A stretch of 64,000 bases of DNA, from assembly GCF_009914755.1 (NCBI RefSeq), contig NC_060926.1. One strand, given 5' to 3'. Below, piece after piece: positions 51,273 through 64,000 of this stretch; positions within the stretch are counted from its first letter, which is position 1; each line of letters opens with the position of its first letter. Source of the stretch: the human T2T-CHM13v2.0 reference genome, Homo sapiens. The position numbers and the translations under genes were made by a program. Below the pieces are notes generated by a model. It saw only the letters and a program-made list of their open reading frames with translations. It did not search any database and was not told the origin of the DNA.

Positions 51273-51981
51273 TGAAATAGCCTTTTTCTATATGCTTTGT
51301 TAGTCACATTTGAATTTATTCTTCTATGACTTTGGCCCATTTTTTTGTGGTATTTTTTTTCCTATTAACGTGTAAAAGCTCTGTGTACATTAGAGATATG
51401 TTGAAAACTGTTTTTAACCAGTTTGTCATGTACTTTTGCTTATGCTGTTACTTTTTTTTAGCTAATTCATCACACATTTTCCTTTATAGTTTCTGCCTTT
51501 AGTGCCATACTTCAAAAAAAAAATTATCTTCTAGTACATTTATTACTTTAGTTTTTATGTAAAAACTTGTAATCCATTTAGAATTAATTTTGTTATATGG
51601 TGACAGAAATTTTTTTTCTTGTCAGCCAGCTGTCCTGTATCATTTGTCCTAACACTATCCTTTCCTGCTGAAACCTAGGTCTGTTTCTGGATTTTCTAAT
51701 CTATTGTGAGCTCTCCTCCTTGACAAGAATTCTTCTGCCCAGTTGGACTAGTTTTTCATTTGTCCACAACAGGTTTTGTGAAGGTTGCTGCTTTTATTGT
51801 TGCTTTTACCTAGAATATCCTCCTATTTTTCCTCCATAGATCCTTCAATGTAAAACCATTATGCAGATAAGCAGTAAGTGCTACTCAAAACAAGAAATAC
51901 CTTCAAAAGATGGAAGATAATGGAAAAGTAAACATCAGAGGGTCTACATATTATTCTTTGTGTAGCTAAAGAAATGCATGA

Positions 51982-52318
51982 AGGCTGGGCAGAGTGGCTC
52001 ATGCTTGTATTCCCAACACTTTGGGAGGCCAAGAAAGTTGAATTGCTTGAGGCCAGTGGCCTGGGCAACCAGGCTGGGCAACATACCAAGTTCAAGACCA
52101 GCCTGGGCAACATACCAAGACCCTGTCACTAAAAGACAAAAAAAATAGTAGCCAGGTGTGGTGGTGATCACCTGTAAGTGCTAGCTACTCAGGAGGCTAA
52201 GGTGGGAGGATTGCCTGAGGCCAAGAGTTTGAGGTTACAATGAGCTATGACCACATCATAGCACTTCACTCCAGCCTTGGCAACAGAACAAAACCATGTC
52301 TCAAGGGGGAAAAAAAAG
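51982..52318 (+). mobile_element. AluJ with an internal short duplication
   Basis: ctgggcaacataccaag occurs twice. Confidence 0.85.
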
Positions 52319-52465
52319 CGTATGAAGCTCTTTATTCCCCCTTGGTAGGCTCTGGACACACAGAAGTGAACCCAGAAGTGATTTTAGGAGGAAGAGTTTG
52401 AGAGAGTTAAATTGCTTGCAAAATAGAATGACAGAAGTATTTGGAGTTCTAGTGGTAATATGCTA

Positions 52466-52812
<347 letters not shown>

Positions 52813-53649
52813 ACAAAGCCAACATATGTGGGTGATATGAATAATGACAAATCCCTAGTGGAGGGGTGGGCAAAAGTACTCTGAGGAACAGGAATAACCA
52901 GTATTAGAATTCAAGTTGCTTACTTTGTTGCAATGTTGAATTCTCTCCATTATCCCAAACCTTTGATAAAGTCTGCAACGCATATAAAGGCTTTAGCTGG
53001 GAGTTCTACATCTGTATCATTGTGGATGGAAACAGGGTCAGTGTACTTGATCTAGTAAACCATCCATAATCTAAACAAATTCAATGGAAGCAAGAGCTCA
53101 AAATCAGAGCTCCTGGGAATTTGAAGAAATCTGAAGAAGGAATCAGAACAACTTGCTGTAAGTTGAAGAATGACATTTTCAGCCAAAACTTTAAGGAGAA
53201 GGATGACTCCAGCTAGCTGATGGGTTATACTAGGATGCTCAATCCTTAGACGTTTAAACCAGATTACATGAGGTTCCACAGTGATTTACACAAACAGCCA
53301 GCAGGGGAGGTGCCAATTACTCTGCTTGCACAAGAAACAAACTGAGGATCATATGCCCCACCTCTTCTCCATTCTGCATGCTCCTAAAAAGGTCTTCTGG
53401 CCCCTACTGCACCTAAGGGTGGCCTTAGTCAACTCTCAAGTTTTCTTCCAAGGTTCTAGCCCTCAGATGCTTCCTCTCCACGACTTCCATTTTACTTAGA
53501 GTCTGAATCTCAGCTTAACCTTTAATTGTTCTTGAATAAGAAAAGAAAGAACCACATCCTAAACATCTTACATTACAACCGGAGACTATTAAATTCCCAG
53601 TGGGGGAATAGAAAACAGTAATGCAAAAGCATGTTAACAAATGACGCCA

Positions 53650-53940
53650 GACAGTGATGCTCCTAAATCAAGGAAATGAGGAGGAGGAGGAGGTTTGGAA
53701 AGGGAAAGAGAATGGTGTGATGAACAATATAATTTGGCTTGAGACATGTTGAGTTTAAGGTGCTTAAGAGCTATCCAGGTTACAATGCCAATAGTGTTTG
53801 GCTATTATGAGTAAGAAACTCAGAAGAGAGAAAAATCTAGGTGGAGGATGATGGTATTAAAGTACTTGATGTATCAGTGGTAGCTGAACCAATAAATATA
53901 GATGGCATCATCTAGAGACAGTATATAGAGGGAGTAGAGA
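53650..53940 (-). mobile_element. L2 fragment
   Basis: gagacatgttgagtttaaggtgcttaagagctatccaggt. Confidence 0.7.
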
Positions 53941-53942
53941 CA

Positions 53943-54192
53943 GTTGGGCATAGTGGCACCCACCTATGTAATCTCAACTACTCAGGGAGGCTGAGACAGG
54001 AAGATTGCTTGAGCTCAGAAGTTTGAAGCTGCAGTGAACTGTGATCACACCACCGCACTCTAGCCTGAGTGACAGAGCAAGACTTTGTCTCTTTATTTAT
54101 TTTTTAAATTTTTATTCATTTATTTTGAGATGGAGTCTTGCTCTGTCACCCAGGCCGGAGTGCAATGGCCTGATCTCAGCTCACTGCAACCT
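53943..54192. mobile_element. Sense Alu monomer (53943-54091) tail-to-tail with an antisense Alu fragment (54092-54192)
   Basis: gcaagactttgtctc|tttatttat...gagatggagtcttgctc...cactgcaacct. Confidence 0.85.
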
Positions 54193-54270
54193 GAGACTTT
54201 CCCTAACAGCCTTCCTAAAGCTGTTAACAAGTTTTCCACAGTTATAAGCCAATTAATACTTAGCAAATAC

Positions 54271-54580
54271 CGGCTGGGCACGGTGGCTCACGCCTGTAAT
54301 CCCAGCACTTTGGGAGGCCGAGGCAGGTGGATCATGAGGTCAAAAGTTCAAGACCAGCCTGGCCAAGATGGTGAAACTTCGTCTTTACTAAAAGTACAAA
54401 AATTAGCCGGGCGCAGTGGCAGGCCCCTGTAATCTGACCTACTCGGGAGGCTGAGGCAGGAGAATCACTTGAACCCGGGAGGCAGAGGTTTCAGTGAGCC
54501 GAGATCACACCACTGTATTCCAGCCTGGGTGACAGAGTGAGACTCCGACTCAAAACTAAACTAAACTAAACTAAACTAAC
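54271..54580 (+). mobile_element. AluS with (AAACT)n tail
   Basis: Dimer; flanking direct repeat gcaaatac. Confidence 0.9.
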
Positions 54581-56867
54581 GTGGCAAATACTTGTAGACT
54601 GACCAAATAAACTACAAGCTCTATTTAAGATCTCTGAATGCCCATTTCAAGCCCTCTTCCCACTTCCTATAAGCGAGCTGACTCCCTGGTCTTCAGTTAA
54701 AACCATAGTCTTTCAGAAGAAATGGCAAAAATGGACAAATGCCATAGGCTAAGGCCCCAAGGGTGGGGCTTGTCTACGGAGAATGCTGCTTACTGGATGC
54801 TCAAAGAACATACCTAAGGACATGGTCCATCCATATTTAAGGTCATGGTCAAAGCTGAGCCTTTCCATCTAGTTTATGATTAGCTAAGCCAACTGAGATC
54901 AGCCAACTAATGATCTCACTCACGACAATAAAGACACATACATGAGGGTCTCAAGAGGACCTAGTAATTTCTTCATCAGAAGTCTTAGAGATTTCTTTCA
55001 GGTGGTCTTTCCCCAGCTGTGCTGGTTGGGAATGGCATGCAGGGGAAGTAACTGGCTTGCTCTTTGGTTACTAGCTAAGCCAACTTCCATTCCTGGTACG
55101 TGGTCACCCACCCAGTCGGATTTAAATGGCGACCCACCTGTAACACCGCCCTGCCCACAGAGCATGAGCTTATCTCCATTCAAGGATTGAAAAAAAAATT
55201 ATAGTCTGGACTGCCCACAAGATATAGAAGAGAAATTTAATAGGGAAAGGAGAAAATTTATGTCATACTCATTCCATAAAAATGAGCTACATCCCATCTG
55301 GCACTGATCCCCATGTGTAACATCAAAATCCTGAACTAGCAGTTAAACTTGAGACTGATGCTGAGATGAATATAGTCCCAGAGTAGAAGGAAGGGTGCTC
55401 AGGAGCACTCTAGAGAAATTCTGAGAGGTCCAATCTAGGGAAGAGAGCCTCAGAGAAGCCCTCCTATCTTGTATCCAGAAGCCAGTGACGACCATGGCCG
55501 TGATGGCACCATTGCATTTACCACTTCCTGTTTCCATTGGGAAGAAGAGGATTCAAAGTGGAAGAAAGAATGCAGAATTCTTCCTTCCTCCCTATTTTAG
55601 AGTTCCACTGCGGATTAGAGCTATCCTTATGCAGACACACAGGAAATAGTGATTACTACCTTCATCTGGAATTTCAGATGAAGGTAATAGTAACATTATC
55701 TTCATCTGGAATTACTCTATTTGATGTCCATTCCTTTGGGATAAAGATTCACTCTTTCCAAAACTGTATTCCACCAAACACATATTCTGTAAGATTTTAA
55801 TAAATATTCCTTCAGAAAAAAAAAATGGATCTCTAGTTAAATACGTTTGAAAAATGTTATATATTCTATTTCCCTTTTGGAGTTTTACAATGCATATTAA
55901 AAGCTCTTTTTGAGGTGCAGGCAGCTGGACAGCTAACATGAAATCCAGGGCAAGAGCTCAACAAAGCTAAGAGCCTTGTTCCAGAAGGCAGCAGGACAGA
56001 CTAGCATGGCATCTAATTAGCGCAAAGAGCACTAGGCGAAGTTCAAGGTGGTCAACACAGGGAGATCTGTGCATGGACAGAACTCTACCTACTAAAGCCT
56101 AGATGCAAGAAAAGGCTCTAGTATCAGATAAGTGACCTGGCCAGGGAAAGTGTGGAAAGTCCCTGGTGAGGGACTGACAGCAGGGCTTTAGTCCTGGACA
56201 GGGTTAGGAAGTCCAGGCAGAGGAACAAGACAAAGTTTGTACTTCTAGGTAAAAGCCAAAATAAAGGTGAGATGGAGGGAAAGCAGAAACTGATAGGCAG
56301 AGAGCTGTCATTCAGGGCATAGAACACATGCCCAGGAGTTCTTCCCTACTGGAGACACTGGCTCTAATATCCTAGTGATCAGCAGATCCTGCTTTCCACT
56401 AGACCTCGTGTATGAGGCTGCAGGGGTTGAGGGGAGAGGAAACGGTGTAGGATGTTCAGAAATCTCAAGTAGTGCTGATTCCATTAAGGTAGGGGGTACA
56501 GACCTTGCCAAACTTTGGGGGATAGGGAGGACAGGCCATTCCTAGGCTGCCCACTAGGGAAATGTGTCCAAAAAAATTAGCTAGAACCCAAGAGGCCTCA
56601 GTGAAGCTAAAAGTCTGGATCAAAAATAAAGTGCTCCAGACTTAGAATAGGAATATGGACAGTGAAATTGAACCTCAGGGTGGAGGCATCTATAAACCCA
56701 ATTGTAAGGAGTTCAGAAAGGCACTGAGATTTGAGTTGCCTCTGTAAAATATGCCCTTGGGGGAGAAAACGCTGTGAGAATTCTAATCATAAAGGCAGTT
56801 AGAGAACACTGGTGAATGAAAGATGATGCCAAGTCAACTAGGAAGGGTCTCTCTTTGGAAGAACTCA

Positions 56868-57167
<300 letters not shown>

Positions 57168-58175
57168 TCACAGGGACTATCTTTGCAGCTTCTGGATCAG
57201 CTCTTTTGGCTCCACAAAATTAGTGGACAAGGGGGAACTGCACCTTTGCATGGATACCCCAAGTGCTTTGTCATCGCTTTTTGCATGGCTTATTTTGCTT
57301 TCTGGTAAATTTCTTAGCATAGCTCATTGGGAAATTGAGACCAGAAGTTGTCCGTGACCACCAGCCACAAAGGAAATGCCCTGCCCTTGTTGCCACTGGT
57401 GGCCTCTTTTGCGCCACCATTTTGCATCATTTCTTGGAAGCTGTGCCTCCCCCTTCTAAGATCTGTGACAGTCTTTGTCTCAGTACATCACAGTAAACCA
57501 CAGACCCAAAGGTCCAGCACTCCTGGTTACATTATAGCTGTCAGCTGCTCTCCAGACAACATTGTGCCTCCATCCGAACATGCTGGTGGGCTATCTACTC
57601 AGCACAACCTCTTTTGGGGTCATGGGCCTCCATAACCAGCACTGTCAGCTGCTTGTCTTTTCTCAGACAAAACTGTGAAGGAAACCAAGTATTTCTTTAG
57701 AGACCCAGCATCTCTCTTCAAGGCCTTTATCTCAAACTCATTGGTGTCTCCTTCTTGTCCCTGCAACTAGGGGCACAGTGCCTTCTCCTCCCTATCCCTT
57801 CCTCAGTCTGGTTCTCAGAAATCAATCTTATAAACTCATTCATACTTCCAGTTAACATGACCAAAATGTTTCACAATCAAAACTCTTCCTGGAGTCTCTT
57901 CATTTTTAATAGGGTCTCAAAGATTTAAATCAAGAAAAAGAAATTTCAATTGTGGGATCCCAAGCAATAGCAAACAGCTAGGGCAAGTTTTTGAGGGGCA
58001 GGACACATTCTTGGTCCCCTGAAATTATACCACTTGACAGACCAGCTCTTTTTATTCCATCACCTGACACCTTCAAGCCATCTCTTCTGCTAGCCCAGGG
58101 GCCAGGATCCCTGGATGTGTGCCAGCACCCACTGCTATCTGGTCTCCCTTGGAGAAGAAAAAAGGAGACACCTAA

Positions 58176-58498
<323 letters not shown>

Positions 58499-58924
58499 TA
58501 ATCATTCACTGCAGTAGTCACACAACAGGTGCCACCAGCTCCAGTACATGCAGTGAGGATACACCACACCCTCACCTCTGGCCCCATCACACCTGACTTT
58601 GTGAGCCACATCAACAGATTTTATGTAGATGATAGGACAGAGCCACTTAAGCAGTAAACCAATTACCAGTGGTGTTTTGACACGTGTGGCCTATGCTGTG
58701 ATGAAGAACAAAGGCTTTTTGAAATCCTCACCTACAGCCAATTGGTATCTTTCCCACATATGTTGCTGCAGCATCTCTATATATAGAATCTAGTATTCTA
58801 TAAACAGAATGTTCTGGCTAAACACGTCCCAACAAGCAAAATCGCAAGGTGGGTAAAAATGGCATCTCATCACCCTTCTTTCTCCTACCCTCCTTTCCTA
58901 AATCTCACCAGGGACAGAAAAGCT

Positions 58925-59135
58925 CTGTGAAAACAGCATGGGCTCTGGCGTTGTACAGACTTGAGGAGAAATAAATCCTAGCTCAGCCTTTTTATTAGCT
59001 GTGTGACCTTGGGCAAGTTACATAACTTCTTTGACTTTCAGCTTGCCCATGTGCAAAAAATGGGAATACTTTATTGGTTTGTATTACAATTAAATAATGT
59101 ATGAAAGCATCTAATACATGCCTGGCTCTCAAGGG
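58925..59135 (+). mobile_element. MIR SINE
   Basis: attagctgtgtgaccttgggcaagttacataacttct. Confidence 0.85.
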
Positions 59136-59396
59136 ACACAAGTTTCTGTTATCCATCTAAATTATCATGTACCTGGTATCCTCAAGCTATCAAAGCCAAA
59201 GTGTGTGCCCCACACAAATATTCCTTTCCTTTCCTAAACCCTACTGAAGCTGCCATCCCCTCTAAGAGCTGATCTAATCACACTGTTAAAAGGAATGCAA
59301 TTCTGATGAAACGAATTCAAGTAAAACATAAACAACATTGCTGGGTTTCCATATTAACTCTGGGGGCGGGCGGTTTCTGCATTTAAAAAAGCCTGG

Positions 59397-59633
59397 TTGG
59401 GAGGCCGAGGTGGGTGGATCACTTGAGGTCAGGAGTTCGAGACTAGCCTGGCCAACATGGTGAAACCCTGTCTCTACTAAAAACACAAAAATTAGCCAGG
59501 CATGGTGGCACGCACCTATAATTCCAGCTACTTGGGAGGCTGAGGTGAGAGAATCGCTTAAACCCAGAGGCAGAGGTTGCAGTGAGCCGAGATCACACCA
59601 CTGCACTCCAATCTGGGCAATAGAGCGAGACTC
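59397..59633 (+). mobile_element. 5'- and 3'-truncated AluS without poly-A
   Basis: TSD taaaaaagcctgg at 59384-59396 and 59634-59646. Confidence 0.9.
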
Positions 59634-60799
59634 TAAAAAAGCCTGGAAATTCAAATGAGAGGCAGGACGTGTAATGGTGAAGCTCTCCTAAAGGACAGGA
59701 GACCAGTGTTCACCTTTTCCCCTGCAAGCACAGCCTCTTTCACTCTCTCTGCAGAAGATGAGAAACCAATCAGAGCTACAGAACATCAGCTCAGATTGCT
59801 GAATGTCACACCTCAAATCAACAACAGGTCCAGAATAGAACTTGGAGCCTTGGCTACCCCTCCTGCTCTAGTCAGCACATGTCACTTCCTTACCCAGGAA
59901 GATGTGGTGTTTTGTTTTTTGTTTTTTCCCTAGGAGGTTTCCAACACTATTTTAAACTCTTTGGACTCAAGCAACAGGATCTGACTATGGTCACAGCCTT
60001 GAAACAGTGTGCAGGAGGCCTGGACCTTACTTCTAGCATCACGCCTTTCTTTAAATGGTCTCAACAAGGCCCAGATTAACACAGGTGGTAGAATGGACCT
60101 ATGTCTTGACTTGTCTCTTAGTGATCCAGGAAGGAGGATCACAGAGAAATTTCTAGGCTTCCCACATACAGGATCACAGAAGCAGATTATTAAGGCTAAA
60201 ATCAGCCTAAGTATAATCACCTGACACATGTGCTATGCTGACTATAAATCACAATTCAGGATGGGAGTTCTTATTATTAGGTACTCTTTGGCGGTATGCA
60301 TGTTCTCCTTTGCTTTCCTGGCAAGACCCTAGGAAGCCAAGGGCACTAGCTCAGGCTGGGGTCTGAGAAGCCAAACACCCCTGGGGGAGGGAGGGTGGTC
60401 GAAAAGGCTGGCTGGCAGCTTCAGCAGGTGGTATAAAGGGGAACTGAAGGTGAAGTCTAGGGTGAGGGAAGTACTGGTCCAGGCAGGATTACTCAACAGC
60501 ATGTGCTCAGGGAACTGGCAAAACAAGAACAACAACAACAACAAATATTTTAAGTTACTTTATATTTATGAAAGTGGTAACCAAGGTAAAAATCAGAATT
60601 TTGCTGCATTTTCTTTATATTTTGCTAGGTTTCTTTATACTTGTTTTGCATTTACGCTGTTTTTAAAATACATACGGAGGGATGAAAGTATGAGGGACAT
60701 AATAATTTTTCTATTGCTTAAGACTATTAAACAAATTCTTAATCTGGCCCCTGACTTCAGGAAGAAGCAAGGAAAACCAAGAGTTTGAACTTTCCAGGT

Positions 60800-60930
60800 C
60801 AATATTCATTTCTTCATTCAATAAATATTTCTTGAGGTGTTAGTAAGCATCAGGCCTTTGCTCAGTCCTGGGATACAGCAGCAAACAAAAGAGATGTGGT
60901 TCCTGGAGTTCAGTTTAGTGAGAGTGGGTA
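60800..60930 (-). mobile_element. L2 3' fragment
   Basis: ttcattcaataaatatttcttgagg...ctgggatacagcagcaaacaaaagaga. Confidence 0.75.
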
Positions 60931-61546
60931 AGAACAAGAACAGGATCTAAAGCCAAAGGTCTATATTGGAAAACAGGCAAGATTCCACAGCCAGCAATTA
61001 AATGCCAACAGAAAAGCCCAGGGGCATGCAAGAAGCTATTCAGGAAGATGAGCTGGTTCAGAAAATGCTCTCATCCCCTCACTCACTTTGACAGGGGAGA
61101 CAGCCACTGTGGTGGGTTGAATTCATCAATGTAAGTGCCCTCACAGCCAATGCCACCATGAAACTGCCCGTTCTCTGTTCACAGCCATGTAACTATATAA
61201 GCTATGTGCAAGATCTTGAAAGCTCCAAAGAAAAACACAAAATTGTCTACTGACAGAAATTCTAGAAGGTACAGCACGCCAAAAGTGGGAAGTATAAAAC
61301 CAACTACCAGAGGCAGCTGGGGGATCCTCCCCCGACATAGTCACTACACTTCTCTGACACTGCATGAAAAGTAAAAATAGCAAAGGGAAAATAAAGGGGA
61401 GAGGGGAAGAGGGATTGGAGAAGAGATCAGGTGAGATGGTCAGGCTACAGTCAGAAGCCTCCCGAGAGGAGTTTCTGATTTACAGTATGAAGCAGGCAAA
61501 ACATTAAGAAAGGCTATGGCCTGGTGTGTTAGAAAAACAAGTCATA

Positions 61547-62179
<633 letters not shown>

Positions 62180-62356
62180 TCAGCTCCAGCACTGCCAGGA
62201 GGTGATGGCCATGGTAAAGGTGGAGACCCAACAACAGCAACAGCAGGAGGTATGGAATCTATGCACAGCCAGCACAGTAGGGGCCTACAGAGATCTCAAA
62301 GTATTTGACTTCTCTGGGCCTCAGTTTCCTTTATCTGAAAATGAAGATGGTAAGAG

Positions 62357-62986
62357 TGTACACTAATTACCTAGGACTGCCATAACAAATTACCACAAAC
62401 TATATGGCTTAAAACAACAGAAATTTATTCTCTTGCAGTTTAGGAAGCTACAAGTTTGAAATCCAGGTGTCAGTAGGGCCATGCTCCCTCTGAAGGCTCT
62501 AGGGAAGAATCCTTCCTTGTCTCTTCTAGTTTCTGGTGGTTATCAGCAATCCTTGGAGGGCCAGAGCCATTCCTTAGTTTGCAGCAGCATAACTGCAATC
62601 TCTGCCTCCATCTTCATGTGGCCATCTTCCCTCTGTGTCCCTCTCTTCTTATGACAACACCAGTCACTAGACAGACTTTCCAGTACAACTTCATCTCAAC
62701 TTGATCATATGTGCAAAGACCTTATTTCCAAGTAAGATCACTTTCTTTTTTTTTTTTATTTTATTATTATTATACTTTAAGTTTTAGGGTACATGTGCAC
62801 AATGTGCAGGTTAGTTACATATGTATACATGTGCCATGCTGGTGTGCTACACCCATTAACTCGTCATTTAGCATTAGGTATATCTCCTAATGCTATCCCT
62901 CCCCCCTCCCCCCTCCCTCAAGTAAGATCACTTTCATAGGTTCTGGGACAACATGAATTTTGGGGGATACTATTCAATTCGGTACA
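62357..62986 (-). mobile_element. MLT1B/C solo LTR (ERVL-MaLR)
   Basis: ctaggactgccataacaaattaccacaaac...gctccctctgaaggctctagggaagaatccttccttg...tgggggatactattcaa. Confidence 0.88.
62746..62918 (-). mobile_element. Short 5'-truncated young L1PA (PA2/PA3-like) 3' end
   Basis: ttatactttaagttttagggtacatgtgcacaatgtgcaggttagttac...cccattaactcgtcatttagcattagg; perfect 17-bp TSD caagtaagatcactttc. Confidence 0.95.
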
Positions 62987-63719
62987 GAGCACCAACCTTA
63001 TAAGAAGTTTATACATGTAAGGTATTATACTTAGGACTATGACTGGCACACAATATCTGCTGTGTAAAGGTTGGCTACTCTTCTTCAACATCTCTGGCAG
63101 GTAGCTGCTGCCAAAAGGATATGTGGGTGTGTTCTCTTATGTAAAAATCACTCTCCCTCCATTTTGAGTCAGAGGCAAGAAACTGAATCAAACTAGAGTT
63201 CTGAAATAAGCTGACTAGCACAGAGCTAGAGCACATGTTTATTACCATTCAGTACCCCTTATCAATATCCCACCAATATTCTCAGTCTGGAGTGAAAAAA
63301 TACCTGCTACAAGCATTTGTTTTTTGAACAACATAGACTTTATCATTCCAAATGAACAATGGCCCTTCAAAGCAGTCCCCTTGTTAGGATCTGCCTTCAA
63401 AGAGCCTTCAGAGCCAGCCAAGAAGCTGTAGCAGAGAGACAGCAGTCTCATCACTTACAATTCAGACTGTGAGTTCTGATCCCAAACTGCTTTACATGGT
63501 ATATTCACCCCATGGTTTGGTAATGAAATGACTTTTGGCTGTATCCAAACATTAAATCCATTCTCTGAGATGGAGATGTGCTATTTCAGAGAAAGTGATA
63601 TTCAAAATAACAAGCTACTTTCAAATTAGGGAAGAGGAGAACAGATTAAAGGTTCTTGCTCTTGCTTCTCCTTTAACAAATGAATTAGGGACAGCTACCC
63701 AAACTGAAAAAAAATACAA

Positions 63720-64000
<281 letters not shown>

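Noticed and set aside
54881-55085. 14-bp direct repeat tagctaagccaact about 190 bp apart
   Set aside because: No recognisable insert between the copies; could be chance or an old micro-duplication
57388-57425. gccactggtggc CTCF-like and ccattttg YY1-like motifs
   Set aside because: The CTCF spacing is off by one base; short motifs without other support
63452-63570. Minus-strand donor ATT|gtaagt with an upstream catctccatctcag acceptor
   Set aside because: Weak exon-side consensus and an unrecognised peptide; insufficient support

Overview
Primate genomic DNA, almost certainly human or another ape (it carries AluY, AluYe5-like, AluYd/Yc-like and young L1PA copies). It is Alu-dense (roughly 55-60 Alu copies or fragments) and appears entirely non-coding: intergenic or intronic, with no CpG island, no recognisable protein-coding exon, and no tRNA, rRNA or CRISPR. 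The listed ORFs are Alu-derived, decayed L1 ORF2 pieces or chance ORFs. I could not identify the locus. Most of the window is layered transposon debris: Alu, L1M/L1PA, L2, MIR, MaLR LTRs, and hAT/Tigger DNA elements, including a Charlie1a split by an ~8.8 kb nested L1/Alu stack. I found no convincing new gene system. The most unusual signals are structural. (i) A 1.6 kb cluster of template-switch scars at 49.6-51.3 kb: a 22-bp tandem duplication, a perfect 36-bp hairpin of pre-miRNA size, a ~700-bp inversion flanked by 60-bp inverted duplications, and a scrambled Alu. (ii) Two local templated duplications at 11-15 kb. (iii) An L1 with an ~50-bp target-site duplication. (iv) A repeat-poor block at 5.6-8.3 kb with clustered CACGTG/TACGTG motifs that looks like an enhancer. 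Subfamily names come from remembered consensus features, and most repeat boundaries are approximate (about +/-10-20 bp).
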